Both the position numbers and the translations under genes were made by a program. DNA of 57,930 nt, counting the filler, from Sphacelaria rigidula (taxonomy: Eukaryota), in NCBI GenBank assembly GCA_964200075.2. It is 8 parts of 8 records of this genome, joined end to end, with 100 filler letters (N's around TTAATTAATTAA, not from the genome) between each part and the next. Parts side by side here need not be neighbours in the genome. Positions count along the whole stretch, not along the records: positions 1 to 7,154 come from CAXNAA020016215.1; positions 7,255 to 14,408 come from CAXNAA020016216.1; 6 more parts are not named here. One strand, written 5' to 3'. Numbering within the stretch: the stretch's first letter is position 1; every line of letters begins with the position of its first letter. The notes below the pieces were generated by a model, which was given only the letters and a program-made list of their open reading frames with translations, did no database searches and had not been told where the DNA came from. Shown here piece after piece: positions 1-13,066 of this stretch.

Positions 1-1056
1 AGATACTCCGTACTAGCCAAGTTGCTGCCTCTTTCCTTGGGCGGCTGCCGTCAGCCAGCCCAACCCGGCCTCAGCGCTCGGGCCGAGGCCGGAGGAGAGA
101 AGAAGGAGTTTACAGACTGGAATACGCTCTTCACCGCCCCAAATTCCCGAAAACCAGTGAACACCGACAATAAATCTGGGATGTCAACAAAGAACAATCA
201 AGCGGTATACTCGGCGACCACCAATCGCATGATACAATCCATACACGAAGTACCCAGACAACCAGTCACAGCTTGATGCCATATTTGGTCTTCAGACGCT
301 CCCGTACCTCCTTATTCAGTCTCAACTTCCGCGGTTCAGATCCTACAAACTGCGGCGCTCCTCTCCATATAAGATCCAATGGCTGGCATGAACGTTCATC
401 CTCGTCGATACCTACCTATTCCAAACATACATCGTAGCCATCTCCTTCGTGAGCCTCAGATGTTCGGGCGATGGCTTCCATCTCACACGCTCGTTGAGCA
501 TATGCGTGCTGGAAAACCTCCTTCAAATCCGCGGTAACCTCCAGTTCCTTGTCCGCATAGTACCGAAGACGGGCGACATAAGCATCTCTTACCTCGTCAT
601 TCACGATATTCTGAATCTTGTAGACATGTTTTTGCTCCGCTACCACGATCCTTCAAGGCCCTGTCCACGTACTTACGAGTTTCGGCGTTGTTCCTGAGCG
701 CCTAACCCTCGCAGCCAACACATAATCACCCATCATAAAATTCGGCAACTTTCCCTTACTAGCACCTCCTTGTGCAACTCTTGCTGCGCCTCCACGACTG
801 ATGACACCTTCTGCCGCAGCATGTCTTCATCCAGCACATCAAGTCACCAATCGCCACTCATAGACAATGCCAGAGTTGAAAAACTTGTGCGCGGCGCCCG
901 TCCAAACATCACATGGAATGGCGTACTGGCGTAGTGCTCTCGAAATGCCGTGTTGAACGCCCACTGCACGGCAGGCACCAGTCCCACCCAGTCACGAACG
1001 TCGCTTCTCTCTTCATGCAGCATGCATGGCCTTTAGAGTACGGACAACCTCTCGCA

Positions 1057-1554
1057 TCATCCTTTTACACGTACCATTTGGCCACGGCGAGTTAGGAACC
1101 TCCTGTCCAGCTTCAGCGCCTTTTCCAGCGCTCGCATTACACTGTTCTTGAAATGCGACGCGGTGTCACTCACCCAGACCTCCGACGAATCCAACGTCTT
1201 GCACCACGCCAATAGATGCTGCACCGTCGCTGCAGCTGTACAAGACTCGGTGGGCTCGAACCACACGAAATTGCTCAGATCATCCATCACTACAAATATG
1301 TACCTGTACCCGTCGCCTTCATCCAGGCCGCTCTCGCCCAGCGGACCACTTTCGCCAACGTACAGATAATCAAAATGCATCACCTCACCGGGCCGTGTGC
1401 CATGCACTGTCTTCCCTAGTGGCTGCGGGACCGTCTCACCCGCCTTCGAGTCCACACAATGCAAGCATTTCCTCACAAAATCTGTCACATGAGCTTCCAT
1501 CCGAAACCAAGAGCAATACTCTTGCAGCCGCTGCAGTGTCGCTCGCCACAACAC
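1057..1554 (-). pseudogene. Gypsy integrase fragment (zinc-binding region and core)
   Basis: VRKCLHC, VMHFDYLY, FVVMDDLSNF, WVSDTASHF motifs. Confidence 0.9.
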
Positions 1555-2226
1555 CCCGGTGGCCCGCCTCCTTCATGTGAGCGCACACCATCAAGCGTGT
1601 TTTCAGCTCTTTTGCTTGCGATGGGATCCACAACACATTCCGCCCTGCTACATGCACGCGAAGTATAAACTCTCATCGTCTTTCGAAACTAGCCAACAGC
1701 TGCTGCAAAACTAGGGACTCCAGCAATCATCACTCTGAACCCGGCTTGAGCCAGCTTTTGGGCCTCACGAATAGCGGTCTTCGACGGCAGCGTTTCATCA
1801 GGCTGACCGCTCGCAAACACGGCCGCAGCACGCACAGACACTGCCGGAACGCTTACCCACCTTGACCGTAAATCTCCCCAGCAGTTGCACTCACCAACAA
1901 TGTGCCGGATGGAGTAATCGTACTACTGCCCGAGCACAGCCTTCCGTTGCTCGAGCCTCTGGGCAGCAGTAATTGCATACCCTTCCTTGTCCACCGTAGC
2001 CCAACGAACCTGCGCTCCACGAAAAGTTCCGCTAAGAAACCTAATCGGCTCGTGGCTCATGTCTTCCACTACCAACGTACCACCCAGCTCATCCCCCGGC
2101 ACCTGCGTAAGAAAACTTCCCCCGTGTAGAACCGATGCATCTGGAAACATGAGCATCTCATACCCCTGCTTGGGATATGACAAAGCGACAGCATGCGCCA
2201 CCAAGTCTTGCGCCTCGTGCCACGCC

Positions 2227-3155
2227 TTAGCATGCCTGGGACGTCCATGCCGGCTCCTCGGTTATCCGATGTGACGCCACTCGCTTGGTATGGCGCACGT
2301 TTCCCTGCAGGCGCTCCTCTAGTGATACCCGTAGCGGCTCCACCACCTCCGCCAAACGCGGCAGGGACGTTCTCAGCCAGTTTACCGCCTGCAGGAACTG
2401 CATAAGCTCGCCTGCTGTGCGCGGACACCTGAACTTGGCCAGCCCGCTCAGTCTCTGGCCGTCATGAGCCACTTGACCACCTCAAAAGACCTTTCCGCAC
2501 CACGTGATCTATTTGTCGTAGGACATGCACTTGTGCGCAGTCGCAAATAGATCGCTATCCTCTAAATGGCCCAAAATCTCGTCCAGTGCGCACAACAGAT
2601 CATCCTCATCTTTACCCCACCACAACATACTTTGCACTGAAGTCCGGCCACTAATCCTGTCATGATGCCTTGACAATACCCGATCACATTCGACACCTCT
2701 TGCGGCACCCGTATGGGGTAAACAGACCTCCGGCTGTCGCGATCATGATCATTTCTTGTGCATCAGCCGCTAACGGCATCTGCCAGTAACCCTGCAGCAT
2801 ATCAATCTTGCCAAAACACGCAGCGCCTAGCAGGTCGATCATCTCCGCCTCGTGGTTAGGCATGACGTTAGGAACCTTCTCAATCTGCATGTATACCGCG
2901 CGATAATCATTCACCAGGCGATAAGTGCCCTTCTTTGGCGTCGCCATGGCCGCACTCGCCCACATTGCCTACTGCTCTAGCCCCAGGTTTGAATCTCACC
3001 TTCAATGGCTCTACACAAGTAAGCGGATCACCGCGCATTGCTCGCCTAAAAGCGCTGACACGGCGCCCAACAACCTCCCGAAGCTTATCAACGCCGCTCG
3101 CCGACATACCCTTGTCCGCAGCCACTGCTACTGCATGATCCAGTGAGTGCACCAC
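2227..3155 (-). pseudogene. Gypsy reverse transcriptase, frameshifted
   Basis: RLVNDYR, FGKIDMLQGYWQMPL and ELMQFLQAVNWLR segments in different frames. Confidence 0.88.
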
Positions 3156-5761
3156 GACGCTCTGCCAGCTCCCCCTCCGGAGTCATGTTCATCTCGGGAC
3201 CACGCGACATCAATCGCTCAACGGAGAGATCCACAGGCTCCTCTTGTCCACCTGGATCCTTTGACGCCTCAATCGCAATGCTCACACGCCAATATTCTTG
3301 AAATTTAGGCGTATCTCCACCTCTCACCAACGCGTGTTTTGAGCGTGCGTATGCGTCCAGCCCACTGCACACACCAATGCCCATGGTCTCCAGCTTACCG
3401 CTCCCGATGATCACCACATCGTCGGCACCTGGCATGACCGCATAATGACGCGGATCCAACACCACCGGCCCCCAGCTGGAATGCAGAGCGGTGCGTACTA
3501 GGCACGTCTTCGGCTGCATACCCCGTGCATTACCATCAGCTAGTTTAGCCGGGTTAGCACGAGCCATACTTGTGACAAGTGGCACATCAAGGAACACTGC
3601 TTGCAACTGGGCCGCCACTTGTTCAGACATGATAGTAAGTGATGCCAGCCCCCGAATCCGAAACGGCAGTAAAAGGGCGAACTTTTTTTATTGTGAAACC
3701 TGGAACGGACAAGTCTGCCCGGCAGCATCGCTGCTTGCGGTCAACTATTACACCCTCAGCCTGTAAATCTGCAACCTCAGCGGTGTGCAGACCCCGCCAT
3801 ACCAGCATTGTCTGAGACGTCCACTCCTGGGCCGGTTCCGTCGGCAGTTGGGTTTGAGCTGCAGGAGCTGGAGCGGAAGGCTGGGGCGGCACCGTGCTAT
3901 CCGCACTGCTAGCACCCCCTTGCGTTCCATCCCCTGGGAAAACAGTCCGTGTGGGAGAAGGGCCTTTACCGCCCCCCCGCTAACCATGGACCACTTGCTG
4001 CTGCTGCTGCTGCAGCAGCAGCAGCGACGACTTTGCTTGCCCACCTGACGCAGTCGCCGCGGCCGCAGGTGAGCTTTGTTTGTTACAGTCCTTCTAGTGA
4101 CCCTTACCGCCACGCCCAAAACAACCTGCATAGCTCGGACCAGGTTTGTGGGGCTTTTTTTAGCTTTCACCGCCACTACCCGCTGCGGCGGCCGCAGCCG
4201 CTGCGCCGGTATGAGATGTCAGTTTTTTTAGCCTTGTGAGCCGCTTTTGTGCCTAAGTTGCGGGTTGCTGGCGGCGGTGTTCGTCAATCTCCTCACCAGT
4301 CTCCCATTTTCCCGCCAAGTCATGAGCTACCTCATAAACCACTCCCGGGCTCTCTTTCCAATCCCTTTTCATATAGAGTACATTTTGAACTTTGTTGTTG
4401 ATATCAGGTGGGATCAGGCCGGCGACCGTCGCTTTGGTAATAATGTGTGCTGGACCAGCCTTGGACGTACGATCAGATTCAAGGAAAATGTACTCCGCAC
4501 CTACATTTTCCGCAAAGTACTTCTGTAATGAACTCCATTGCCCTTCTACTCGACCCCTTGCAGTTGGTTCAGACCGTGCGGCAAGGGCCTTTTTCGCGCC
4601 TACTGCAGCTTCGGAAGGATAAATTTCCATGTCGATCCAGCATTTAGCGTGGCTAGCAATCCCTTGCTGCAATTCGTCTTCGTCGAGTGGCAACCCGTCA
4701 AAGATGGTGTCAGACACGCAGTTCTGGATGTGCTTGAGCACCAACTCTTGCATGGTCAAGAGTGCGCACTTGAATAACCGACCTTTGTTACTTTTCCCCA
4801 CTGCCTCCTCATATTCTCGATACCTTTTGTTCAAGCGTCTGGAAGCTTGCTCACTGAATACTTGCCCATATTCGAGCACTTTCAAGGGTGTCCACCCAAT
4901 GTCACTTCGGTTACTGCAACCTTCACCTCATCAACCATCTCGCTGGTGCTCCCTTCTCTTTGCGCTGTCATCCTTCCAACAGCCTCCGGTCACCGCAGTC
5001 GCTTTGGATTCGTGTGGCCTGCCCCTCTCTCGCCGCCGCTCCCCCCCACCCTGTCATTCGACGTGAGCGTCCTCACGTTCTACAAACGGTCGGGTGCGAA
5101 TTGAAACACCCAATCCCCCTTGTCACGGGCTTCAAAGACTTCAAGATTCAAGCAGTCATACGAACAGCAGTCTTTCGTAAACCAGGAGTGACCCTTCTTT
5201 GCTCCCCTTACAAACACAATATGCTACGCATTTAATAATCATCCTCCAAACCGTTGTCATACGATCCAAGCTGATATCCATATGCTACCGTACTTGCTCT
5301 ACATACCACAGCCCGCCCTAGCACTGTCTCAGAACCTCCTTGGCTCTGCCTCTCCAACTCCTCGTGACGTTAACACGCCTCGAGCTAGGCTTGTTTGCTG
5401 CAAACTGATCAGGCCTGCAGACTTCCCCATCTTGATGTGTCAGCTGCTTTTCAGCGGATCTACCGCCTTTCACCGCACTTAACGACCGTTCATTATAGAT
5501 GTCTGTCACTCAAGATCAGATCGCCCTATGGACTCCTCTCATCACGGGCACATGGACTTCGGCAGCTGTAGTTATTCATGTATTAACTCCCAGTATAATA
5601 CAGGAGAACAGGACCATAGCCTCTCTCCACCAGAGTAGAAAAACTAAGCCGTCACCCATCACATAGCCCAGCAATCAGACCCGCAATTCCATCAACGCAA
5701 TGTCCCTAATCTTGGGTAACCATGGTGGCTAGAGTCTACAATACGTGGGCAGAAAGTATAA

Positions 5762-6600
5762 AAGTGACGGTGCAGCATCTGTTGGCGTGGTGGAAGGCGT
5801 TGGGTCCTCCGGAGATCTGGGTGAGTGACACCGCATCGCATTTCAAGAAGCGTGTGATGCGAGCACCGGAGAAGGCGCTGAAGCTAGACAGGAGGTTCGC
5901 GATTCCCAACTTGCCGTGGTCAAATGGTACATGTGAAAGGGTGATGCGAGAGGTTGTCCGTACTTTTTTTGAAGGCTAGCTGCAAGAAGAGAGGCGCTAC
6001 GTTCGTGACTGAGTGGGACTGGTGCCTGCCGTACAATGGGCATTGAACACGGCATTCCGCGAGCGCTACGCCAGTACGCCATTCCATGTGATGTTTGGAC
6101 GGGCGCCGTGCACAAGTTTTTCAACCCTGGCATCATCGATCGGCGACAAACGGCGACTTGATGTGCTTGATGAAGACATGCTGCGGCAGAAGGTGGCATT
6201 AGCCGTGGAGGCGCAGCAAGAGCTTCACAAGGCGGTGGCGCACCGTGTTGAGAAGACTCATGAACTGCAATGACATGCTGCCAGTAAGGGACAGGCAATT
6301 ACCAAATTCCATGGTGGGTGAATATATTATAGCTGCGAGGCTTAAGCGCCCAGGAACGATGCCGAAACTCGTAGGTACGCGGACAGGGCCTTGGAGGATC
6401 GTGGCAGCTGAGCAAAAACATGTCTACGAGATTCAGAATATCGTGAATGGCGAGGTGAAGGACGCTCATGTCGCACGTCTTCGGTGTTATGCGGACAAGG
6501 AACGGGTGGTCACCGCGGATCCGAAGGAGGTTTTCCAGCATGCATATGCTCAAGGAGAGTTTGAGATGGAGGCTCACGAAGGAGATAGCTATGATGTTAC
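5762..6600 (+). mobile_element. Inverted integrase C-terminal fragment of the same Gypsy family
   Basis: Homologous to the reverse complement of ~430-1230 (VSDTASHFK, PWSNGTCER, VQWALNTAFRERYASTPFHVMFGR, GPWRIV). Confidence 0.88.
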
Positions 6601-6633
6601 GTGACAATGGGTTGGAGGATGATTATTAAATGC

Positions 6634-6885
6634 GACACTTTCTACGATAGCCCCCCCCCCCCAAATGTGCATGGTTTTGGGAGGCAAAATCTTCACGTGA
6701 GTCGAAATGGGAAAAGGCGAGCACAACGAGCAGCTGGGAATTCCCACGCTTGGGTTTGTTCTAGCCAATGTCGCCAGTTTGAGGGGATTCATGCAGCTTG
6801 AACCCAAACATCAGGCGCTGTATGACTATTTATTCGTAACACTTTTGGGCTGGTTTGGAGGAGGGGGGCTATCGTAGAAAGTGTC
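6634..6885. mobile_element. MITE family A (GAC...GTC termini), 252 bp, 4-bp TSD ATGC
   Basis: TIR gacactttctacgatagccccc / gggggctatcgtagaaagtgtc; atgc at 6630-6633 and 6886-6889. Confidence 0.92.
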
Positions 6886-7154
6886 ATGCGTAGCATATAA
6901 CAAAGGATTCTATGAAATGAGGTTCATCAATGAAATGAGGTTCGAGCTCAAAACAGTACTTCCTCCACGCTTTCATCGATGGTGCTCAATGACTTTCTTG
7001 TCGGCCTAATGCCCCTCGATCGCGTAGATACTTCTTCAGCGCATTTTATCGACTCTGTGAGCTTACAGCGCTGTCCGAAACCGCTATTTCTACGTATGTT
7101 TTAGGGGGGGGTGATATCAGGGAAAACAGCAGTTTCGGTCACGCTGTAAGCTAG

Positions 7155-7254
7155 NNNNNNNNNNNNNNNNNNNNNNNNNNNNNNNNNNNNNNNNNNNNTT
7201 AATTAATTAANNNNNNNNNNNNNNNNNNNNNNNNNNNNNNNNNNNNNNNNNNNN
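7155..7254. other. Artificial contig-joining linker (N44 + TTAATTAATTAA + N44); also at 14409-14508, 21663-21762, 28917-29016, 36171-36270, 43425-43524, 50678-50777
   Basis: Seven identical 100-bp blocks with a six-frame stop core, separating segments of exactly 7154 bp (six) and 7153 bp (two). Confidence 0.98.
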
Positions 7255-7318
7255 ACTCATTTGTTGCTTGCCTTAGTCGTTTGACCATTGACCACGCATC
7301 CCTTTCGAGACGGAGCAC
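7255..7318 (-). mobile_element. LINE family 1 3'-terminal fragment
   Basis: Reverse complement matches the 3' end of the LINE remnant at 26270-26342. Confidence 0.75.
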
Positions 7319-7732
7319 AAAGATCAATGGGGAGGGGGGGGTATCCCTTCGTGGCGAAAAAATCCGACCACCGAGGCAGTCACTGCGAAGTGTTCGCAAA
7401 AATGCAGATTCGGGTGTCGGTGACCTCTGATTTTTAATGGAGCTCGGCGTCGCGTTTCTGTGTTTCTTTCCCGTGCTCTTGTTTTGTTTTTCATCGAAAG
7501 AATACACATCTCATCGCTCTTCTTCCTCAATCACGACTCCGAGGTCGCCGTTCCACGTACACAACAGCCGACATTCGATATCTCCAGGGGTTGACGTGAT
7601 TACGGACGGTCACTGCCGCGCTACATCCCCGTGCATGAGATCGCAAGCATATTCCGTCGATACAATAACTACAACGCTTTGCAAATGAGCACGGGATTCA
7701 CCGGGGCAACCTCCTTGCATCACTATCCCACC

Positions 7733-10700
7733 CTACCCCCCCACCCCATCGAGGACCCCGAGTATCATCACCTCGTTGTGACCGCAAGGCTTGCCCCACC
7801 GGCCGCCCCACCTCTCCACATCCGGCGTATCAGGATTTGGCTTCCACGTATCCAACATCAACGCCGCAGGCATTCCGCCATTCCCTTCCCGTACCGGACC
7901 ACTAATGCCATCAACATCACTCTGATTTTTCTTCGTGAGCTTGCGGTTGGAGGACGTTCGGCTCGCCGCAGCCCGACTCTTGGCCGCTTCGAGCCTGGAC
8001 CGTATTTCTAGAGAAGCTGCATCAATGCTGGCGCCGTTTCTCACGGCGCCTTCCCACTCGCCGCCGAACGAACGGCCGCTGGACCCGTCCAGCCACCTGG
8101 TCTGCGCTGTGCTTCGGTCCTCCGCCGCCGCCCCTTTTGCAGACATGTTGACGGTGGTGTTCGTATTTGTGTTGATGGCGGCCGATGACTCATCCCGAAC
8201 ACCCCCCGTGATCATCCCCAACAGGGTCATCTTTTTGCGCACTTCTTTGGAAGATTGTTGCGGCTGCTGATTGCTCGCTGCTATTGATGACGGTGCGAAT
8301 GCGGTCGCGGGTCTCGAGTTTGAAAAAAGGGGCTGACACATCAACACCTTCAGTTTTTCTCGAAGAGCCGTCGCTTGCTGCGCTTGCGCACGTCGTCTCT
8401 CTCGTTTCACGGCGCCCAAAGCTCCTTCACCACTGCGATTTTCACCGAGGGAGCGAGATCGACTGGAGTATGACAGTGCATCACCGGGAGGATGAAACCG
8501 AGCAACGCTTGTGTACTTGGTCCACACATACTCGGGCGTTTCAAAACTGTAATCACGGTCATGTCCCGTTGGCCTCGCTTCGAGTTTGTACCGCCTCCTT
8601 ACCGGAAGCCGTGCATGCGATGCGGCAGGTGTTTGCCCGGGTGAGGGGGATTCTCGTCTCTGGATCATCTTAAATGTCAGCCCAGCGATTTTTCTCGTTC
8701 TTGTTCTTTCTTTCCCTTCTTGTGTTCCCAACTTTTTTTTTTCTCGTCATTTTCCACTTCATTCTTTGTTTTCCTCCCGTCTTTCTTTCTACACCGTTCC
8801 CTTTTTTTCGAGCTTCCTCCAAGCGAATGCTCCGTATAATAATCTTGGCTACGCACGTACGCTCATCTTGTACCCAATATTGCGGCAGCTCCACTCATGT
8901 GCGACAACCAACCGATCAATAGCGGGGTATCATTATATCGGGACAGTATCCCGTCCCCTTTTTCCTTTAGCCCCCCCCCCCCGCCCCCCTTTTTCCTTCA
9001 CAGGAGGGGTTTTCTGGTGGCACTGCTGAGTACTACGGTCACACATACACCGGCCAAGCAGAACTGTCTAAAAAATAAGGCATCACGTAACAACAATACA
9101 AAAAACCTTACGGAATGAAGATAGGGCTCAAGACTGCGGCGTTTTCCCTGAAATCATAAACTTCTCCCAATATTCAACCGTGTATGTCATTTTCCAACGT
9201 TGCTGTATGCCTTTGTCGTTCGCGTATCAGCAAACAGCATGGAGCACATAGCACCAGCTGAGCAAAGAGACGGCACAGGTACGCAGCATATTCCTCTCTT
9301 CCACCCGTAGGTCAACGCGGTGCGAGAAATCAAGATTGCTAACGAACAAAAACTGGGTTCTGAATCAGTAACGAAGATATGATAACATTGATGACCCCAA
9401 GACACCGGAGATCTGACATACAGGAACGGAGATACGTGGGTCCCGCAGGAAAAAAAACGCGGCAACGCGCATAGGGCGACGCCTGTGGACCCGTCGTTCT
9501 CACCCACCTCTGCATGGCATCATCATCCCATTCCAGCCCGGCGGCAGCTGCCGCGCGTTGCATTCCTCTCTCTTCCCCGTCCCCAGCAGAACCCGCCTGT
9601 GCTCGAGCCAGCTTTTTGGCAACTGCGTATCTACACAAAATAGCCCAACGCACAGAAAAGCACGAAACCCAGAGAACGACTAAACGAGCAGACACACACA
9701 AAAATGAATCGGCGAATTTGTGGCGCACGCTAAACACCCACCACGAGGAAACTGCAACGGCACACGGTACTAGTAGGTACACGGTACTAGTAGGTACACG
9801 GTACTAGTAGGTACACGGTACCCACATACAACAAAAAACGGTTTTTTGTAGTGCAATGTCGCATGCGGCAGGACGACCAAACGACACAAAATCCCGTAGT
9901 CCTTAAGAAGGAAAAATTCTCGTAATAACACGTAGGTGACCTTGGTTGTCTCCCCTCGACCCCACTTTCGTTTTTCGTTTTTTCGTTGCTATTTCCTACC
10001 TTGAACGGACACCGTCCATCGCACCACGGTCGAACTCAAACGGCGGCAATACCGCCGCATCTCCAGAGCCCTCAAGGTGCACCTCCTGCGCCGCCGGCCC
10101 CGACTGTCGATCCCCAAACACACGCCCCACCAGACGGGCTCTCGCTGCTGCGGCCTTGGGACCCTCTGATGCGTCGAAGTGCACCGCCCTGATGACCACC
10201 CCAGTCTTCACCTTTTTTGGAATGGGTCCCAGGGAGGGCTGTCGAGCCACGGCCGCTGTAGTGAGTATGAGAACGGAGCTTGTTGAAAGGGGCGGAGTCG
10301 TTGTCAGGAAGCGCTTGATGTGGTCTTGCGCCTGTGTTTTCCGTGCCGAGCGGTGCCGTGCGGTGCGGTGTGCAAGATTACTGTTTGCGGGTATGTTGGC
10401 GATGAAACAAAGCACTGAGTTACGCCACCTCTACTTTGACGTTTTCAAACCACGACCGCCGCGCCCTGGTGGTCTGTCTAGTGATCCAGGCCGATACCAT
10501 ACGCGCGGAGAGAACAAGGGTTCGATTTCCGCCAGACGCAGATGGATTCTTCCTCAAAGGATCTGATGTCTGCCGCTCGAAGCGTGAGGACGTGTGTAGA
10601 CGGAAAGAGTTTGACTTGAGCCTGTGTGACGATATTTGACGCCGTGCGGGAGTGATGGTCATGATTCAATCCGCTAGACCAAAATGCAAGGCGTGTAGCT

Positions 10701-13066
10701 GAGAGAGATGGGTTGATCCCCTGGGACCACGGATTCGTCCCGAGGAAGGAAAGGGGTTTAGATTGTGACCGAGAGAAAAATAAGGAAGTTACTGGTCAAG
10801 ACCAGCGATTTTTGAGACGTTTGCGCGAACCAGTTCCACAGCGAGCGGATTGTCTAGGCTACACATACATAGTCAACGCTGCTCCGGCATCGCCATCACG
10901 CGTTGTGTACAGCGAATACGGAACTCTCACCAAAACCTAAGAAGGCGCACAGGGGAACACGTGCTGAATACCTGCATATCATGCTACTTTGCACACTATT
11001 ATGCTCCAACTACTCCACGAGACGACTCCCCAACGCTGTTAGCGCCCGACGACTGACCGACTAACTTTCTTTCTTCTTTTCAGCTGTGGATTCGGAAGTA
11101 ATTGTCTTTTGCTGGGAAGACGCCGCCTGCATTGCAAACACCGTTGCCACGGACATGCCGGGCGTCACAACGACAGCTACTCGTGCACAATAAGCCGGGG
11201 CCAGCAGCATCGACGTCTCACAATTTCGACAGTGCAATACCTCACCCGTGATCGGGTGGTGTTTTGATTACGGGTTGGAGCCTTCGGGAGTTTTCTGATT
11301 TTTTTCGGGGCATTTCCACAGAGTCGTGAAGAGTCTATGCACAAGATAACACCAACGCCCTTGACAACAAATATTCCAACAAACAGGTCTGAGGTGCTGA
11401 TCGGCTTTGAGAGCGATTTTCTCCCTCGTACGGGTTTCATGGTCAAAGGATTGATCCCTTCAGAGCCCGAGGCCTGCTGTTCCGAGAATACGGCCTCTAT
11501 CAGTCCCGTCAGTTATGGAGGATGACTATAGCGGAGGCGAGTTCTTGGTTTGAATTTTGAGTTTGGGCCAAGAGGATTGTAGCACCCCGACATGTTTCAG
11601 CGCGAGCGGGATCGTGTGGCATTTTCTTGGCTTCATGGTCAGAACGCGGAAGACGGCCGAGGTCGCCCTCCCTTGGGCAGCAGAGACCTGTGATTGGGAA
11701 CAAGCTCACCGCCGCGTTTGCACAAGCGTTGCTTGTGTTTGTCAACGCGTGCTCGTCTTGCTCCGTTAGCTATGGGTGGTGGGGGAAAATCTCAGCGAAA
11801 TTAAATCAAAACTCAAAAATCCACCCGAACAAACGCCCAGCCTACAGCACGTCCACCTTCCACCATACACACCACGCCTTTAAGTTGTTCAGCGGTAACT
11901 CCTGTGTTGGACATATGCATGTACTGCTGTTGGCACCATCACAATCACAATACTTCATTATATCACGGCTACAATATTTCATTGTTGACGGTACGAACTG
12001 AGTTGTGTAGTCCCGATACGGTAATACCGCTGCCCACGATTCACGCACAAACATCTCTGACGCGCGGAATATGCGTGGCAACGACCTTCTTTATGTGTAT
12101 TGTAGTAGGCATGGTTTCCCACCCAATAGCCATTCCGAACACCCGGCGGCGGAAGAGCAAACGAAAAAAGCTTCCAAGTGGCGCACGGGCGTCCACAAGC
12201 GACTAGTCTACGGCCTTCTGATCGCCAGTGAGTGTGGGTCATGTCTTAAATCCGTCCAGTATCATCTTCACTTGAAAAATTAGTGCGAGACCAAGATGAC
12301 CTACCCTGACGGTCAAAGGGACCTGTCGGAGTTAAAATGTGTTCAATGTAATGCAGTGCAGCACAGGACAGTACGGCAATACAGCAGTGCAACAGTGCAA
12401 CCGTACAAGAGTACAAGAGTACAAGAGTACGGAACAGCTTGGGAGCAAATTTGCTGCCGTGCTTACCTGTGCTTTGGGGGTCCGCTCGTGCAAGGCAAAT
12501 ACAGTACACATCAAAGCCTTCAGCTGGCCCAATAGCTCCTGTGCCATCGCCGCCGTGTCCACGAACACCACGGCATGGCACCCCCCCTCCTCGATACCAC
12601 CTACATCCTCACCACCATTGATACTACTACCACTGCTGCTGTCGCCACCGGCTGCCACTAATCCGTTGATACTCGCTCCTCTTCGCGACGGTCGCGTGGA
12701 GAGTAGGTAGCACAGCCGCTGCTGTTTCGAATGCTGGGTGCTGGCGAACAAGACGTTACCGTTACAGCTATCGTTTGTGCCAGATGGGTTGATCAAGGTG
12801 TCAAAATCATCAGTGGAAGAGTCATTGTCGTTGTCGCTGTTGCGCAACAACTCGTTGAGAGAATTTTTCTTCCTCTTCTTCTTGCTACTGCCGTTGTCCT
12901 TGATACCCTTGCACGTGCTGTTGCTCTTGTGTGATGATGAAGCACCGCCTGCAGCTCGAGGCTGTTGGTGCTGCAGCACTGTTTGAGGAGACACGACCAC
13001 CAAATGCCCGGTCTGCCGCTGTTTTGGCTTGGGCTTACGACATTGCTTCCTAAAAGACTTGGCCAT
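7733..13066 (-). CDS. Spliced gene, DDX24/Mak5-like helicase C-terminal-half protein (~594 aa); exons 13066-12467, 10331-10000, 9630-9508, 8462-7733
   Basis: GT-AG junctions with compatible phases (0,2,2); exon total 1785 nt, open frame. Resembles DDX24 RecA2 region (RLCYLL...AVVFVDT...LKALMCTVFALHERTPKAQAQDHIKRF...VLILTTAAVAR) and C-tail (MQRAAAAAGLEWDDD; LREKLKVLMCQPLF). The last exon could splice further at GAG|GTGATG near 7771. Confidence 0.75.
9763..9820. repeat. 17-bp tandem repeat (cacggtactagtaggta) x~3.5, intronic
   Basis: Direct inspection. Confidence 0.9.
10461..10540 (+). mobile_element. tRNA-derived SINE head or degenerate tRNA
   Basis: A-box-like tggtc..tagtg, B-box ggttcgatttcc, partial acceptor-stem pairing gcgccctgg/ccagacgc; intronic. 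Confidence 0.4.

Larger units (their letters stand above)
266..4960 (-). mobile_element. Decayed Ty3/Gypsy LTR retrotransposon internal region (gag-PR-RT-RNaseH-IN-chromo-like)
   Basis: Ordered minus-strand fragments: gag-like 4253-4885; protease motif 'VSDSGAG' ~3640-3670; RT 'WASAAMATPKKGTYRLVNDYR...KIDMLQGYWQ' 2684-2965; RNase H 'MFPDAS' 1923-2204; integrase 'CLHC...HFDY...SDTASHF' 1057-1554; chromo-like 'YDVCLE*VG..DERS' ~300-450. Many frameshifts and stops; LTRs not identified. Confidence 0.92.

Noticed and set aside
11509..11760. Extra exon of the DDX24-like gene
   Set aside because: Flanking exons already join in phase and colinearly with the helicase-C region (PKAQ|AQDHIKRF); no recognisable similarity here
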